Shown one piece after another: positions 39,176 through 51,974 of a DNA stretch of 64,000 nt. Both the position numbers and the translations under genes were made by a program. Location: NCBI GenBank assembly GCA_044376115.1, contig JBILLK010000013.1:186736-250735 (forward strand). Reading direction: 5' to 3'. Within the stretch, counting starts at the first letter, position 1. Each line of letters begins with the position of its first letter. This DNA comes from Polyangiaceae bacterium. GTDB taxonomy: Bacteria; Myxococcota_A; Polyangia; Polyangiales; Polyangiaceae. Below the pieces are notes generated by a model. That model was given only the letters and a program-made list of their open reading frames with translations. It did not search any database and was not told the DNA's origin.

Positions 39176-39802
39176 TCAGTCGCCCTCTTCCACCTGGGCC
39201 ATCAAGGCGCTCTTGCCGCTAAACATCGAGATGGCCATGAACACCACGCCGAAGGCGATCCAAACGTCTGCCACGTTGAAGGTCGGCCAGTGCCGCTCTT
39301 TGCCTCCCCAGTTCGCGTAGGCGTGCAGAAAATCCACCACCACGCCGTGCCGCACGCGGTCCACCAAGTTGCCCACCGCGCCCCCCAAAGCCAGCGGTAG
39401 CCCCCATTTCATGGCCCAGTCGGACTTGTTCACGCGCGCGTAGAGCGAGCAAATGAAGACGCTGGCGGCAGTGGAGACGAACAAGAAAAAGGGGCGCCGC
39501 CAGATCTCCGGCAAGGAGCGCAACATGCTCCAGGCGCCCCCGGGATTTTCGGCGTATTGAAAGTTGAAATAGCCTTCAATCACGACGATTTCCCGCAGTT
39601 TCCCGCGAATCGGATCGGCCCCGTGCAGCGCCTCACGCGCCCACTCTTTGCTCCCGAGATCCAACGCTGCCGCGATCACGGCGATCACGGCGAAGAACCA
39701 ATAGGAAGGCGGCCCTTCATCCTTTGCGGACGAAGGCGTGGCCGGCTCCACGTCTGAAGAGGTCTCCTCGGAGGCGGGTTCAGGTTCGACCACGGGGCTC
39801 AA
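39176..39802 (-). CDS. lspA: Signal peptidase II (second tandem copy)
   Basis: DLGSK, NPGGAWS, GGAVGNLVDR, VVDFL, PTFNVAD. Confidence 0.92.
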   Translation of the reverse strand: MSPVVEPEPASEETSSDVEPATPSSAKDEGPPSYWFFAVIAVIAAALDLGSKEWAREALHGADPIRGKLREIVVIEGYFNFQYAENPGGAWSMLRSLPEIWRRPFFLFVSTAASVFICSLYARVNKSDWAMKWGLPLALGGAVGNLVDRVRHGVVVDFLHAYANWGGKERHWPTFNVADVWIAFGVVFMAISMFSGKSALMAQVEEGD

Positions 39803-39849
39803 TCCGATAGCACCTTCCGCCCAGGATGCACATCTGTTTAGTCTTCGCC

Positions 39850-42282
<2,433 letters not shown>

Positions 42283-42322
42283 GATCGCTCAACGACAGCC
42301 TGATCGCCGCTGGCAAGCAGGC

Positions 42323-42559
42323 TTAGTCTCGTTTGCGGCGGAACTGAGCCATGAGCTGCTCGTGAACATCCTCCGAGACCGGCTCGGCCGGAGTTGCGGC
42401 GAGCGTGGCCACCGCTAGGTCTAACTGTGCGAGGTAGTTGCGACAGCGCGTGCACCAAGCGAGATGCAGCCGCACGCCAGCGCGTTCGAGCAGCGGCAAG
42501 TCGCCTTCTTGGCGCTTGGTTGCGAGCTCGGTCAACTTGCGACAGGTCACGACGATCAT
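42323..42559 (-). CDS. Zinc-finger (zf-HC2) anti-sigma factor
   Basis: C...HLAWCTRC motif; overlaps sigma factor stop. Confidence 0.85.
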   Translation of the reverse strand: MIVVTCRKLTELATKRQEGDLPLLERAGVRLHLAWCTRCRNYLAQLDLAVATLAATPAEPVSEDVHEQLMAQFRRKRD

Positions 42560-43245
42560 GGCGAAGGCTCCGCGAGGCAGCGCTCCAGAGCGCTTCGAAG
42601 TTTGGCCCGACCGCGATGCAACAGCACGCGCTGATTCGCCTCGCTCAGGCCCAAGATTGCGCACACCTCCGACGACGGGAGGCCCTCGAGATCGCGCAAC
42701 GTGACGACGACCCGTTGCGCGGGCGGAAGTTCAGCGAGCAGCGCCATCACTTGCGTACCGGCCTCGAGCCGTAGCAACACCTCCTCGGGACTGTGCGCAA
42801 GCCAAGCTGCAGGCGGTGAGGCCCAGTTGCCCGAACGGGTGAAGCGCGCGGGATCCACAGCCGGCTCATTGACCGCGACCTCGGCGTCGAGCACCGTCTG
42901 CAGCTGGTCACGGCGGTTCCGTTTGGCCCAACTGTTGGCGCGGTTGGTCAAGATGCGAAAGACCCAGGTTCGAAGGCTCGAGCGCGCCTCGAAGCGCTCG
43001 AGCCCATCGATCACCGCAGCCCAGGTCTCCTGCACGATGTCCTGCGCTCCGTCGCGCGCGATCGCGCGCGCCAACCGCAACATCGAAGGGTGGAAGCGAT
43101 CGACCAGTGCGCGAAAGGCCGCGGCGTCGCCGCTGCGCAGCTGCGCAACGAACGCGCGGTCCTCCGCAGTCGGCTCGAACTCGAGCGCGGTTGCAGTCGC
43201 CGCCGACACGGAAGGCTCCGGAGGTTCGATGGGAGTTCCTACCAT
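42556..43245 (-). CDS. ECF RNA polymerase sigma factor
   Basis: DIVQETW, FEARSSLRTWVFRI (region 2); LPPAQRVVVTLRD...LLHRGR (region 4). Confidence 0.92.
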   Translation of the reverse strand: MVGTPIEPPEPSVSAATATALEFEPTAEDRAFVAQLRSGDAAAFRALVDRFHPSMLRLARAIARDGAQDIVQETWAAVIDGLERFEARSSLRTWVFRILTNRANSWAKRNRRDQLQTVLDAEVAVNEPAVDPARFTRSGNWASPPAAWLAHSPEEVLLRLEAGTQVMALLAELPPAQRVVVTLRDLEGLPSSEVCAILGLSEANQRVLLHRGRAKLRSALERCLAEPSP

Positions 43246-43276
43246 GCACGTCGCGCTGGCGTCGATCGCTCTCGGC

Positions 43277-44167
43277 TCAGAGATCGGTCAACGCCTCGAA
43301 CAAGGCCTCCGGCTGCGTCAAGAACGGGCAGTGACCGGCGTCGATGCTGACCACCTTCTCACACGGCAACGCGGTATAGAACTCAGCTTGTTTGGACGGT
43401 CCAATCGCCTTGTCTTGCAGCGTCTCGATGTAGAACCTCGGGACCGAGCCCCACTTCTCGGCGCTGACCTTGATCGGCGTGGTGAAGCCCGCTAGCGGCT
43501 CGGGGCGCAGGTGCTCTTCGATCAACGCCGCGTCGTCTGCCGAACAGTCGCTACAGAAGGAGCCAAGGATGCCCTCGGGAGCCAGCGTGGCCGAGGTTGC
43601 GTCCGTCGCTACGAAGTCCTGCAAGGTCGACTCGGGATCGCCTCCAGCTGCGGCCAAAAGGCTGGTTCCATCCTCGACGAGAAAGGCCGCGAGGTAGACC
43701 AGTTTGGCGACCTTTTCGGGTCGCGCTTCAGCGGCTTGGCTCACGACAAGACCACCCATACTGTGCCCCACGAGCACCACCGGCTTGGACGCACCATCGA
43801 GCGCCTCCACGACCACGTCGCTGTACGCCTGTAAGGTGGCTTGCTCGGGTGCGGTCGGATCATCGCCGTGCGCAGGCAAGTCGAGCGTAATCACCTCATC
43901 CCCGTTGGCCTCGAGCTGCGTCACGAGGCGCTCCCACGACCAGCCGCCGGCGAAGGCCCCATGCACGAGCACATAGGTCTGCGACGCGCTGGCTCCACCT
44001 CCAGCTCCTCCTTCTGAACCCGAGCCTCCGCTTCCACCGCCACCGGCTTCACCGCCGGTACCCGAGGAATCACCACAGGCGGCGATGGCCAAGGTGAACC
44101 CGGCGAGCAGCCCCGCAAGTTTCAGTGAACCGAAGCGACCGTTGGACGAAGTAGCTAGCAAAGACAT
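43277..44167 (-). CDS. Alpha/beta hydrolase (methylesterase/SABP2-like), lipoprotein
   Basis: IAAC lipobox, VLVHGA, GHSMGG nucleophile, D and GH triad residues. Confidence 0.85.
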   Translation of the reverse strand: MSLLATSSNGRFGSLKLAGLLAGFTLAIAACGDSSGTGGEAGGGGSGGSGSEGGAGGGASASQTYVLVHGAFAGGWSWERLVTQLEANGDEVITLDLPAHGDDPTAPEQATLQAYSDVVVEALDGASKPVVLVGHSMGGLVVSQAAEARPEKVAKLVYLAAFLVEDGTSLLAAAGGDPESTLQDFVATDATSATLAPEGILGSFCSDCSADDAALIEEHLRPEPLAGFTTPIKVSAEKWGSVPRFYIETLQDKAIGPSKQAEFYTALPCEKVVSIDAGHCPFLTQPEALFEALTDL

Positions 44168-44282
44168 GAGCGAACCTCTCGATACGCAGCTGCGCATCGC
44201 TCGACAAAATTCGGCCCTCGCCCATGAGGCGGAAGGCCCGAAAGCTTTTGGGCTCGCCCGCATTGGCGACGCCTCGTTGCCT

Positions 44283-44309
44283 AGTCCTCGCCGGGTCGAA
44301 AACGTTACA
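44283..44309 (-). promoter_or_regulatory. ECF sigma-type promoter candidate TGTAAC-N16-GGACT
   Basis: Upstream of the hydrolase-sigma-anti-sigma unit; ECF operons are often autoregulated. Confidence 0.35.
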
Positions 44310-44397
44310 CACCGACCAAAGAAAAAATCCGGCCCACCGAGCAGCGGTAGATCCACGCAGCCTTGAGGCGCTCGCTTGCGGGTGCTAGCGAACAGCG

Positions 44398-45792
44398 ATG
44401 CGAAAGCTTGCTGCGCTGGCGATGGTTGGCCTTTGGATTGGCTGCAGTAACGTGCGCGTCGAGGAGGATGATCCGGCCGGCGCAGGCGGCGCGGGCGGCG
44501 CTTCCGACGGCGGTGGCGGCCAAGCCGGAGCAGCCCCCACATGCGCGCCCCTCCCCGGCCCCAACGAGCTCGGCTGCATTGAACGCAACAACCCGATCGC
44601 CAGCGTGGAAGCCGCGATCGACGGCGAGAACTATCTGAGCTTCATCGCGCTCGGACGCGACGTCGGCGTGTCCGGCTACGCCTGCGCCAGCGGCCAAGTC
44701 GCCTTCGGTGGCAGCTTGATCGACGCTGCGCCCTTCCCTTCCCGCTCCTGCTTCCGCGTGCAAGCGGATGAGTGGCTTTCGACGCTGCAACTCGCGCAAC
44801 TGCCGGCCGAACTGCAGATCGACCCCAACCTGGGTGAAGGCTCTGCCAAGCTCGATCGCACCGTGGTCTCCCTCGCATCGGGCAGCTCCTATCAAGGCTT
44901 CACCGCACCCGCCGACCAGCCGCTGCTCGGCGTCTTCAGCGCAGACGGGCAACTCCCGTGGATGCGCCCGCTCTACACGGGCACTGCGGTGGACGGCCTT
45001 GTCGGCTTCGAGCGCTCGCTCTTGCTCGCCAACGGGGACGTCGCCGTTTCGGTGCTGCTCGGCCAATCGAACGGCGGCACGGTGGACTTCGGGGACGGCT
45101 TCAGCTTCACCGACGGCGGCCAAGGCCGCACGGCGTACGTCGCGCGCTTGGACGGCGAAACCGGCGCGACCCTCGCAGCCTTTGCGCTCGACGTGGAGGA
45201 CCACGCCGTCGATATCGTCCCGATCGACGGCAAAGACGGCAGCTTCACCGCCCTGGTGATGGGCGCGCCGGAAGGCTCCACCGAATGGTGGGTACGCTGG
45301 TTCGACCTCGACGGCGCCGAGGCCAAGCTGATCGCCGAGATCGACGAAGCAAGCCCGGGCAGCCGCGCTGAGGTGGATGCAGCTGGTCGCTTGTGGTTCA
45401 ACCAAGCGGAAGGCGACGCCGGGGTGCGTATGGTCGACCGTGAAGGCAACTGCAGCACGCTCAGCTTCGACGGCGGCGCGCCCTTCTACGCGCTCGACCT
45501 CAAGCTGCTGCCCTCGGGCAATCCGGCGCTGTTGTTATCGGTGTACGGGGAGCGCGCTCTCGACGGTTGCAGCCTCGCCGACACTGAGGGCGACGGAGAG
45601 CTGTTTGCCGCTGAGCTCACCACCGACGGAGATTGGGTGCGCGTCGTTCGTTTGAGCCCGTTCATGCCCCAAGGTTCGATGTTGCTCGACGCCACCGAGA
45701 ACGACCTCGTCGTCTTCTATTACGACGTGGATGAAAGCGGCCTCGAGCACCAGCGCATCGAGCGCATCGACTGGGGCGAGGCAGCCTTCTGA
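44398..45792 (+). CDS. Hypothetical acidic lipoprotein, probable beta-propeller
   Basis: WIGC lipobox, Gly linker, beta-rich repeats. Confidence 0.7.
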   Translation: MRKLAALAMVGLWIGCSNVRVEEDDPAGAGGAGGASDGGGGQAGAAPTCAPLPGPNELGCIERNNPIASVEAAIDGENYLSFIALGRDVGVSGYACASGQVAFGGSLIDAAPFPSRSCFRVQADEWLSTLQLAQLPAELQIDPNLGEGSAKLDRTVVSLASGSSYQGFTAPADQPLLGVFSADGQLPWMRPLYTGTAVDGLVGFERSLLLANGDVAVSVLLGQSNGGTVDFGDGFSFTDGGQGRTAYVARLDGETGATLAAFALDVEDHAVDIVPIDGKDGSFTALVMGAPEGSTEWWVRWFDLDGAEAKLIAEIDEASPGSRAEVDAAGRLWFNQAEGDAGVRMVDREGNCSTLSFDGGAPFYALDLKLLPSGNPALLLSVYGERALDGCSLADTEGDGELFAAELTTDGDWVRVVRLSPFMPQGSMLLDATENDLVVFYYDVDESGLEHQRIERIDWGEAAF

Positions 45793-45813
45793 TCGCCTGC
45801 TACATTCGCGGCC

Positions 45814-46233
45814 ATGGGAGCTTCACCGCCGTCGCCGCCTGCTGCATCGCGCTCCAAAACCAGCGCCGCCATCCTCGAGCGGCTCCGCAAGCTGTGCATG
45901 GCCTTCCCCGAGGCCAACGAGCGCGTCTCGCACGGCACCCCCACGTGGTTCGCCGGCAAAGGAAAAGTCTTTGCAACCTTCGACGACCACCATCACGGCG
46001 TCGACCACGTCGCCGTCTGGCTTCCCCTTCCCCCCGGCGCCCAGGAGCTCCTCGTCGAGTCCGACCCCGACCGCTACTTTCGCCCGCCCTACGTCGGCCC
46101 CTCCGGCTGGGTCGGCGTAAGGCTCGACCGCGCCCCCCGCTGGAAGGAGACCGCCGAGCTGCTCCGTGACGCCTTCCTCCACGTCGCCACCCGCAAGCTC
46201 CAGAGCCGCCTGCTAAGCGAAAGCCCGCCATGA
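45814..46233 (+). CDS. MmcQ/YjbR family protein
   Basis: LRKLCMAFPE, SHGTPTWF, GKVFA, YFRPPYVGPSGWVGV. Confidence 0.85.
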   Translation: MGASPPSPPAASRSKTSAAILERLRKLCMAFPEANERVSHGTPTWFAGKGKVFATFDDHHHGVDHVAVWLPLPPGAQELLVESDPDRYFRPPYVGPSGWVGVRLDRAPRWKETAELLRDAFLHVATRKLQSRLLSESPP

Positions 46234-46302
46234 CCAGGGTTGGAGCTGCGCGTGCGTGCGATAGCGTGCGTGCGATAGCCCGTTAGGCGAACCAACCCTG
46301 GT
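46233..46302. repeat. 11-bp inverted repeat enclosing a 14-bp tandem duplication
   Basis: accagggttgg / ccaaccctggt; gcgtgcgtgcgata x2 at 46250-46277. Confidence 0.7.
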
Positions 46303-46528
46303 GAGCAGCGCGCAACGAACCGAACGACCCGCTCGAGCCTGTCCCAGCGCGGCACCAAGGCGCGGGGGATGGGCCGTCGCTGCCCGCGCATGTCATCCAC
46401 CGTGCAGCCGTAGTAATCGATCGGCATGCCGCAAACCAAAGACCGCATGAAGCCTGCGTTTCCGCGGCGCAAAAAGGCAGAAGACAAGCGCGCTGGGCTC
46501 CGCACGCGGCCTGCTTGGATTTGGCGCT

Positions 46529-47344
46529 GTGCTCATGTGTGACGACGCTGGTGGCGCGCTGATGCGAGTCGATCGCAAGAGCGGTCTCAAGGAGACGGTG
46601 GCCGAGCTCGAGTACCGCCCGTCGAACCTCGCCTACGACGGCAAGCGACTTTATTGGACAGGCGCTCCATGCACCGGTCGCCCGGCGCGCAGCGATGATC
46701 CCGACTGGCTTTGGAGCTGGGATACGAACAGCGGCGGAGATCCGGTACCGCTCGGCGACCGCGATCGGAGCTATCTCGATATGGTGACGACGTCGGGTGC
46801 AACGTACGTCTCGGATCGATTCGGCAAAGGCGGCGCCTTTCGCTTCGTCGACGGCGGTAAGCCCGAGGCGATCGTGCCCGAGAGCGAACAGCCGTGGGGC
46901 ATCGCCGTGGATGAACGTTCCTACTTTTGGAGCGACCGTGCGTGGACCCTCTGGGAGACCGACCTCAAGACCAAGAAGGCGATCAAACACGGAGCCCTCG
47001 GCGATATGCCGTCCGACGCACACCTGTTCGACGGCGGCCTGGTGATCCGCACCAGCACCGAGGTGCTCGTGCTCTCGCGGCTCGCGATGACGATCGAAAA
47101 GCGCATCAAGATCGCAAGCTACGGAGACCGCGGCGGAGGGGCGCTCGCCGAAGGCCGCTACTACCTTTGGGCCGACGGAACCGACCGCATCTCGCGGCTC
47201 GACGTAACCACCGGGGCCGTCACGCTCGCTGCCACGACCGCGGCTCAAGAGGCCTGCGGCGTCGCGTTCGACAAGGGCACCGTGTTCTGGATCGACCGCA
47301 AAAAGAACGCGATCTTCGGCTGGGCTTCGCCGCCATTTCTGTGA
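46529..47344 (+). CDS. Beta-propeller protein (DUF5050/YWTD-like), possibly 5' truncated
   Basis: Repeats LAYDGKRLYW, IAVDERSYFW, VAFDKGTVFW. Confidence 0.65.
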   Translation: MLMCDDAGGALMRVDRKSGLKETVAELEYRPSNLAYDGKRLYWTGAPCTGRPARSDDPDWLWSWDTNSGGDPVPLGDRDRSYLDMVTTSGATYVSDRFGKGGAFRFVDGGKPEAIVPESEQPWGIAVDERSYFWSDRAWTLWETDLKTKKAIKHGALGDMPSDAHLFDGGLVIRTSTEVLVLSRLAMTIEKRIKIASYGDRGGGALAEGRYYLWADGTDRISRLDVTTGAVTLAATTAAQEACGVAFDKGTVFWIDRKKNAIFGWASPPFL

Positions 47345-47457
47345 GCCAAACGCTCGGCGGCGAGCGAAGCTAAGGTCTTGTTTTGCTCCCGGCCTCGGCG
47401 GCGAGCTTGGCTCCCGCAGCACGGGCGTCTGGTAGGCTTCGCCGGAGCCGAAAACCA

Positions 47458-48192
47458 GTGAAGAAGCTACCCTTTGTCTTAGTTATGATAGTAGCTGAGT
47501 CCGCCTGCGGCACTCCTTGTCCTGCCGGAAAGAGTCCGTCCGAGAGGCTCAGCATGCCGTCGACCGGAACGGCGGTGGCCCCCTGCGCAGCGCCTCCGCC
47601 TTCCCTGATAGCCAGTTTTGAACCGGTCGACGCTGCGGGTGCGAGCGAGGCGCTTCGCGACTTTTGTACCCGCTCAATCGAGGACCTTGATATGTCGTTC
47701 TGGCCACCCACGCTTTCCCAGGCCTCAATGGCGCGGACGGCGCTGGAACGTGCGCTCACGCGGCAGGTCTGGGATGACGGTAATCCGATCGAGTTTACGG
47801 ATCCCCAGTTTGTTGTACGAGTAGTTGGGGTCGCCGCAGGGTCGGGCGAGAACTTGATGATTGTAGCCGGGTACTCGGCTAGCGGAGTCCGCCAATGGGA
47901 ACTTGAAGTAGGCGACAGGTTGGAATTGCTTAGTGGCAGTCGCCTCGGGTCCGGTTGTACTTCCGGCGCGGGAGAGGTGGTGGGGGTGTACGATATAACG
48001 GCGGGGCGGTTTAGAAGCCTGAGCTTTGGCAGCGAGCGCACCTGTTGCTTGGACGCAGGCGTCTGCGACGAAGAACTCTTGTGCACATGTCGTTCGTTTG
48101 ACTCCGTCGTGGCCGACCTTGACCCGCCGAGAAGGCCGACGGTCTGTCAGAGCAAGCGCGATTGGGATTGGATGCTGCCTGCTTTTATGTAG
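47458..48192 (+). CDS. Hypothetical Cys-containing exported protein, atypical codon usage
   Basis: Long ORF with signal-like N-terminus ending SACG; visibly more A/T third positions. Confidence 0.45.
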   Translation: MKKLPFVLVMIVAESACGTPCPAGKSPSERLSMPSTGTAVAPCAAPPPSLIASFEPVDAAGASEALRDFCTRSIEDLDMSFWPPTLSQASMARTALERALTRQVWDDGNPIEFTDPQFVVRVVGVAAGSGENLMIVAGYSASGVRQWELEVGDRLELLSGSRLGSGCTSGAGEVVGVYDITAGRFRSLSFGSERTCCLDAGVCDEELLCTCRSFDSVVADLDPPRRPTVCQSKRDWDWMLPAFM

Positions 48193-48464
48193 CAGGGCAG
48201 CAACCTTGCCACCCGGAGCACGGCGCCCCCCTGTATGCCAGTAAGCAAGGAGCGGCACTCACAGCGCTGCTCCGGACTTTGCACGTCAACAGCGTTTCGG
48301 TACGAGCGCCTCTTCATGCCGCTGATCAACGCCTCATGCGATACACGGATAACGGGGTAACCCAGCCGACCCCGCCTGCGAAAGCCTAAGCGAACGGCGA
48401 TTCACAGCCCCACAGCAACGTTGATTGTAAACGGTGCCGCACAAGGACGAGAGGTATCGCGATT

Positions 48465-48703
48465 GACCAAGCCGGCGCGCAGGCGTCCCATAACGTTGGG
48501 TCGTCGCGAACGAACGTGCGTTATGGGACAACGGCAGCGCCCCAGCCGCCTGCCGACGTTCCAACGCGGGCGGCCTTTTCGCAGCATGGCGCGCAAATCA
48601 CGAAAAAACCGCGGGGCGACCGGGCGCGCGCCGACCGAGCCGGCGCGCAGGCGTCCCATAACGTTGGGTCGTCGCGAACGAACGTGCGTTATGGGACAAC
48701 GGC
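48465..48703. repeat. Two 71-bp direct repeats (168-bp period), each an 11-bp palindromic hairpin
   Basis: 48465-48535 and 48633-48703, one mismatch; gtcccataacg...cgttatgggac. Confidence 0.9.
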
Positions 48704-48796
48704 GGCAACCAGCGGTCTCTCCGTCTTCCTCTGCGTGACCGCAGCCCCACGCCTCCAAGAAACCCAAAGCCGCTCGCGTACTATCCAGTAGCCACA

Positions 48797-49062
48797 AGCG
48801 AGCTCAGACAGTGTGTTAAGCCCTTCACACTTCTACCCGCCTCCCGCAAGCCGACTCCCCCATCCGCGCGCAGCGCAACGCAGTGGAGCGAGCCCGGATG
48901 AGGGGGAGTGGTGGCGCAGCGAAACGCAGTGGAGCGAGCACACCGAGGGGGCCAACCCAAGCCGGCTCCCCCATCCGCGCTGCGAACGCAGTGGAGCAAG
49001 CCGGATAAGGGGGAGCGGTGGCGCAGCGCAGCTTCGCTGCGCGAGCACACCGAGGGGGCTAC
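48797..49062 (-). repeat. REP-like element: leader hairpin plus two tandem about 111-bp units
   Basis: ctcccccatcc...ggat..gggggag...gcgagcacaccgagggggc units at about 48848 and 48958; homologous to 54616-54774. Confidence 0.85.
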
Positions 49063-49065
49063 TCA

Positions 49066-49294
49066 TCACCCGTTCGTCGGGTCGAAGTCCGGCCGGGAAG
49101 CGCGCGTCTTCTGACAGCACTCTGCACAGCGCCACTCGACGACGAGCGAGCCGTCGTCCCGCTTGTGGCGCAAAAGCCGCCAACCAAGTTGGCGCTGATC
49201 AAGGTGTGCTGGGTCTTCGTCGGGGGCGACCACTTCTTGCAGGTCTCGCACTGCCTTCGAAACTCCACCTCGTCATCGTCATCCCCAGATCCAT
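49066..49294 (-). pseudogene. Small CxxC...CxxC Zn-ribbon-like protein, frameshifted
   Basis: RQCETCKKWSPPTKTQHTLISAN in one frame continues as GWRLLRHKRDDGSLVVEWRCAEC in another; junction near 49186. Confidence 0.6.
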
Positions 49295-49387
49295 GTCGAT
49301 GGAGATTCGCAAACCGGACAGTTGACGTGCAAGCCCTTCGCCACCTCCGGGCGCATATTCGTCGGGCGCGTCGGGGCCGAGTGGACC

Positions 49388-50155
49388 TCAGCCGAAACGA
49401 CCGGCCAAATAGTCGGCCGTCCGCGCGTCGCTGGGAGAGTTGAAGAGCACGTTGGTTTCGGCCAGCTCGACCAGGTCGCCGGAAAGGAAAAAGGCCGTAG
49501 CGTCGGCGATGCGGCGCGCCTGCTGCAGGTTATGGGTGACGATTACGATCGTGAAGTCGCGCCGCAACTCGTCAATGAGCGATTCGATCTTCGAGGTCGC
49601 GATCGGGTCCAGCGCCGAACACGGCTCATCCATCAGCAGCACCTCCGGCTCGACTGCGAGCGCGCGGGCGATACAAAGCCGCTGTTGTTGGCCGCCGGAG
49701 AGCGAGGTTCCCGGGGCGTCGAGCTTGTCCTTCACTTCACTCCAGAGCGCCGCTTGCCCGAGCGCTCGCTCGACGACCTCGGGCGCTCTCCGCGAATCGA
49801 GCAGCCCAGTGAGCCGAAGACCAGCGAGCACGTTCTCGCGAATCGACATCGAGGGAAACGGGTTCGGCTTCTGAAACACCATCCCCACCCGCCTACGGAG
49901 CAACACCGGGTCGACCGCTTCAGCATAAACGTCCTCCCCATCGAGCAGCACTTTGCCGCGCACCGTCGCGCTGGGAACCAGCTCGTGCATGCGGTTGAGG
50001 CAGCGTAGAAAGGTCGACTTTCCGCAACCGCTGGGCCCAATGATGGCGGTGACCCTGCGTTCGGCGAGCGCGATATCCACCTCGCGGACGGCGCGTGTCG
50101 AGCCGAAATAAGCCGATAGTCCAACGGCGCTGAATTTACTTTGATGCATATTCAA
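49388..50155 (-). CDS. pstB: Phosphate ABC transporter ATP-binding protein
   Basis: [43 protein letters not shown] end. Confidence 0.96.
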   Translation of the reverse strand: MNMHQSKFSAVGLSAYFGSTRAVREVDIALAERRVTAIIGPSGCGKSTFLRCLNRMHELVPSATVRGKVLLDGEDVYAEAVDPVLLRRRVGMVFQKPNPFPSMSIRENVLAGLRLTGLLDSRRAPEVVERALGQAALWSEVKDKLDAPGTSLSGGQQQRLCIARALAVEPEVLLMDEPCSALDPIATSKIESLIDELRRDFTIVIVTHNLQQARRIADATAFFLSGDLVELAETNVLFNSPSDARTADYLAGRFG

Positions 50156-51027
50156 GCGCCCCGCCGTTCATAGCGATTGCGCAGTAGGATGGCGCCCAGA
50201 TTGAGCACGAGCAGCGTGCCCATCAACACGACGATCCCGGCCGAAGCGTTTACTAGGTATTCCGGCTTCGGGTTCGAGGTCCAACTGAAGATCTGCATCG
50301 GTAGCGCGGTGTAATCCGAGTCCAGGCCATCCGGCGCTACCGCGATATAGGCCGCAGCTCCAACCACCACGAGCGGTGCGGTTTCACCGATCGCGCGGGA
50401 GACGCTGAGGATAGCTCCGGTGAAGATGCCCGGCAGCGCCAGCGGCAAAACCACCTGCCGAATCATCTGCCAACGTGTAGCGCCCAGCCCCAGAGCCGCC
50501 TCCCGGTGCGTGTCCCTCACCGTACGCAGCGCCTCACGCGAGGCCGCGATCACGATCGGTAGCACCAACAGCGCGAGCGTAGCCGCCCCCGAGATGAGGC
50601 TCTCACCGAGCCCCGCCCAACGTACGAATACGCCGAGGCCGAGCATGCCGTACAGAATCGAAGGAACGCCAGCGAGGTTGTTGATCGCGATCTCGAGCAG
50701 GTTGGCCAGCCGACTCGTGCGGCCGTACTCCTCGAGATAGAGCGCAGCTCCAACCCCGAGCGGAAGAGCGATCGCCGCCGTGAGCACCATCAAGGCCATG
50801 CTCCCGAACAGCGCCGGCCCGATACCAGCGCGCGAGGCCGAGAGCACCGAGTCTGGATTGCGAAGAAAGCTCGCCGAGAGGTGGGTTGCACCGGTAAGCA
50901 GCAAGGTACCGATAAGCCAACCGAGCACCAGCAGCGGTACGAAGGTAGCTGCCCGACAAAGCCATGGAAACAGGCGATCACCGAGGCGCCGTTGTCGCGT
51001 AGTGAGCGGGAGATGGTGGACGGTCAT
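50152..51027 (-). CDS. pstA: Phosphate ABC transporter permease
   Basis: [37 protein letters not shown]. Confidence 0.95.
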   Translation of the reverse strand: MTVHHLPLTTRQRRLGDRLFPWLCRAATFVPLLVLGWLIGTLLLTGATHLSASFLRNPDSVLSASRAGIGPALFGSMALMVLTAAIALPLGVGAALYLEEYGRTSRLANLLEIAINNLAGVPSILYGMLGLGVFVRWAGLGESLISGAATLALLVLPIVIAASREALRTVRDTHREAALGLGATRWQMIRQVVLPLALPGIFTGAILSVSRAIGETAPLVVVGAAAYIAVAPDGLDSDYTALPMQIFSWTSNPKPEYLVNASAGIVVLMGTLLVLNLGAILLRNRYERRGA

Positions 51028-51974
51028 GCGCGGGCCTGAGCGCGCAAACGGCGCGATAGACGATGCGAGATCAGGTTCATCGCGAGAGTCGCTACGAACA
51101 GGACGCTAGCGACCGCGAAGATCGAGCCGTATGCGAGCGAGTCAGCAGGCGTTTCACCCTTCGATACATCAACGATGTAGGCCGTCATCGTTTGGCTCGG
51201 CTCGCGCGGATCGAGGCTCACGCGGGTGTTCTGGCCAGCCGCGATGGCGACGATCATGGTCTCCCCCACCGCCCGCGAAACAGCGAGCGTCGCGGCCGCC
51301 GCGATGCCCGACCATGCCGAAGGAACCACCACACGCCGAATCGTTTCGAGCTTGCGAGCCCCCAAGCCGTAGGCCGCCTCGCGCAGCGATTGCGGCACTG
51401 CGTATAGCGCATCTTCGGAGAGCGAAGAGACCAGCGGCACAATCATTAGGCCCATCACGATCCCCGGCGATAATGCATTAAAGCCTGCCAGCCCCGGCAC
51501 CAACGCCTTGAGCGCTGGAGTGACCGTGGTCAAGGCGAAGAAGCCGTAAACGATAGTAGGAACCCCGGCGAGTAGCTCGAGCGCGGGCTTCAGGATTCTG
51601 CGTGTGGTTTGGGAGGCATACTCGGACAGGTAGATCGCAGCGAGGAGACCGAGCGGGATCGCAACCGACATCGCGAGCGAGGTCGTAAGTACGGTGCCAG
51701 CGATTAGAGGCCAAATGCCAAAGCGTGGATGCTCACCTCCGAGCGGCGCCCACACGGTGTCTCCGAGGAATTGCACGGGCGAGACCTGCGAGAAGAAGCG
51801 CACCGTCTCGCTGGCTAGGATCACCACGATGCCAGCGGTGATCACGATCGAGAACACACCGGAACCTCGAATCCAAAGCTCGATCAAGCTCTCACCGAGG
51901 CGCTTCGAGTACGCACCTCGTCGGCTCTGCTTACGAGCGATGGGTGATTGCGCTGCTAGCGCGCTAGTGTTCAT
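51024..51974 (-). CDS. pstC: Phosphate ABC transporter permease
   Basis: [37 protein letters not shown]. Confidence 0.95.
   Translation of the reverse strand: MNTSALAAQSPIARKQSRRGAYSKRLGESLIELWIRGSGVFSIVITAGIVVILASETVRFFSQVSPVQFLGDTVWAPLGGEHPRFGIWPLIAGTVLTTSLAMSVAIPLGLLAAIYLSEYASQTTRRILKPALELLAGVPTIVYGFFALTTVTPALKALVPGLAGFNALSPGIVMGLMIVPLVSSLSEDALYAVPQSLREAAYGLGARKLETIRRVVVPSAWSGIAAAATLAVSRAVGETMIVAIAAGQNTRVSLDPREPSQTMTAYIVDVSKGETPADSLAYGSIFAVASVLFVATLAMNLISHRLSRRLRAQARA

Noticed and set aside
46281..46288. GTTAGGC attC core motif
   Set aside because: No matching RYYYAAC inverse core upstream and no integron integrase in the window.
48465..48703. CRISPR array, attC site or dif site
   Set aside because: Only two repeats of 71 bp with a 97-bp spacer and no cas genes; AAC-GTT distance too short for attC; CATAA/TTATG arms are 27 nt apart rather than 6 as in dif.
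48147..49443. Short ORFs across the repeat region
   Set aside because: Translations of non-coding repeats; only the frameshifted Zn-ribbon gene was retained.
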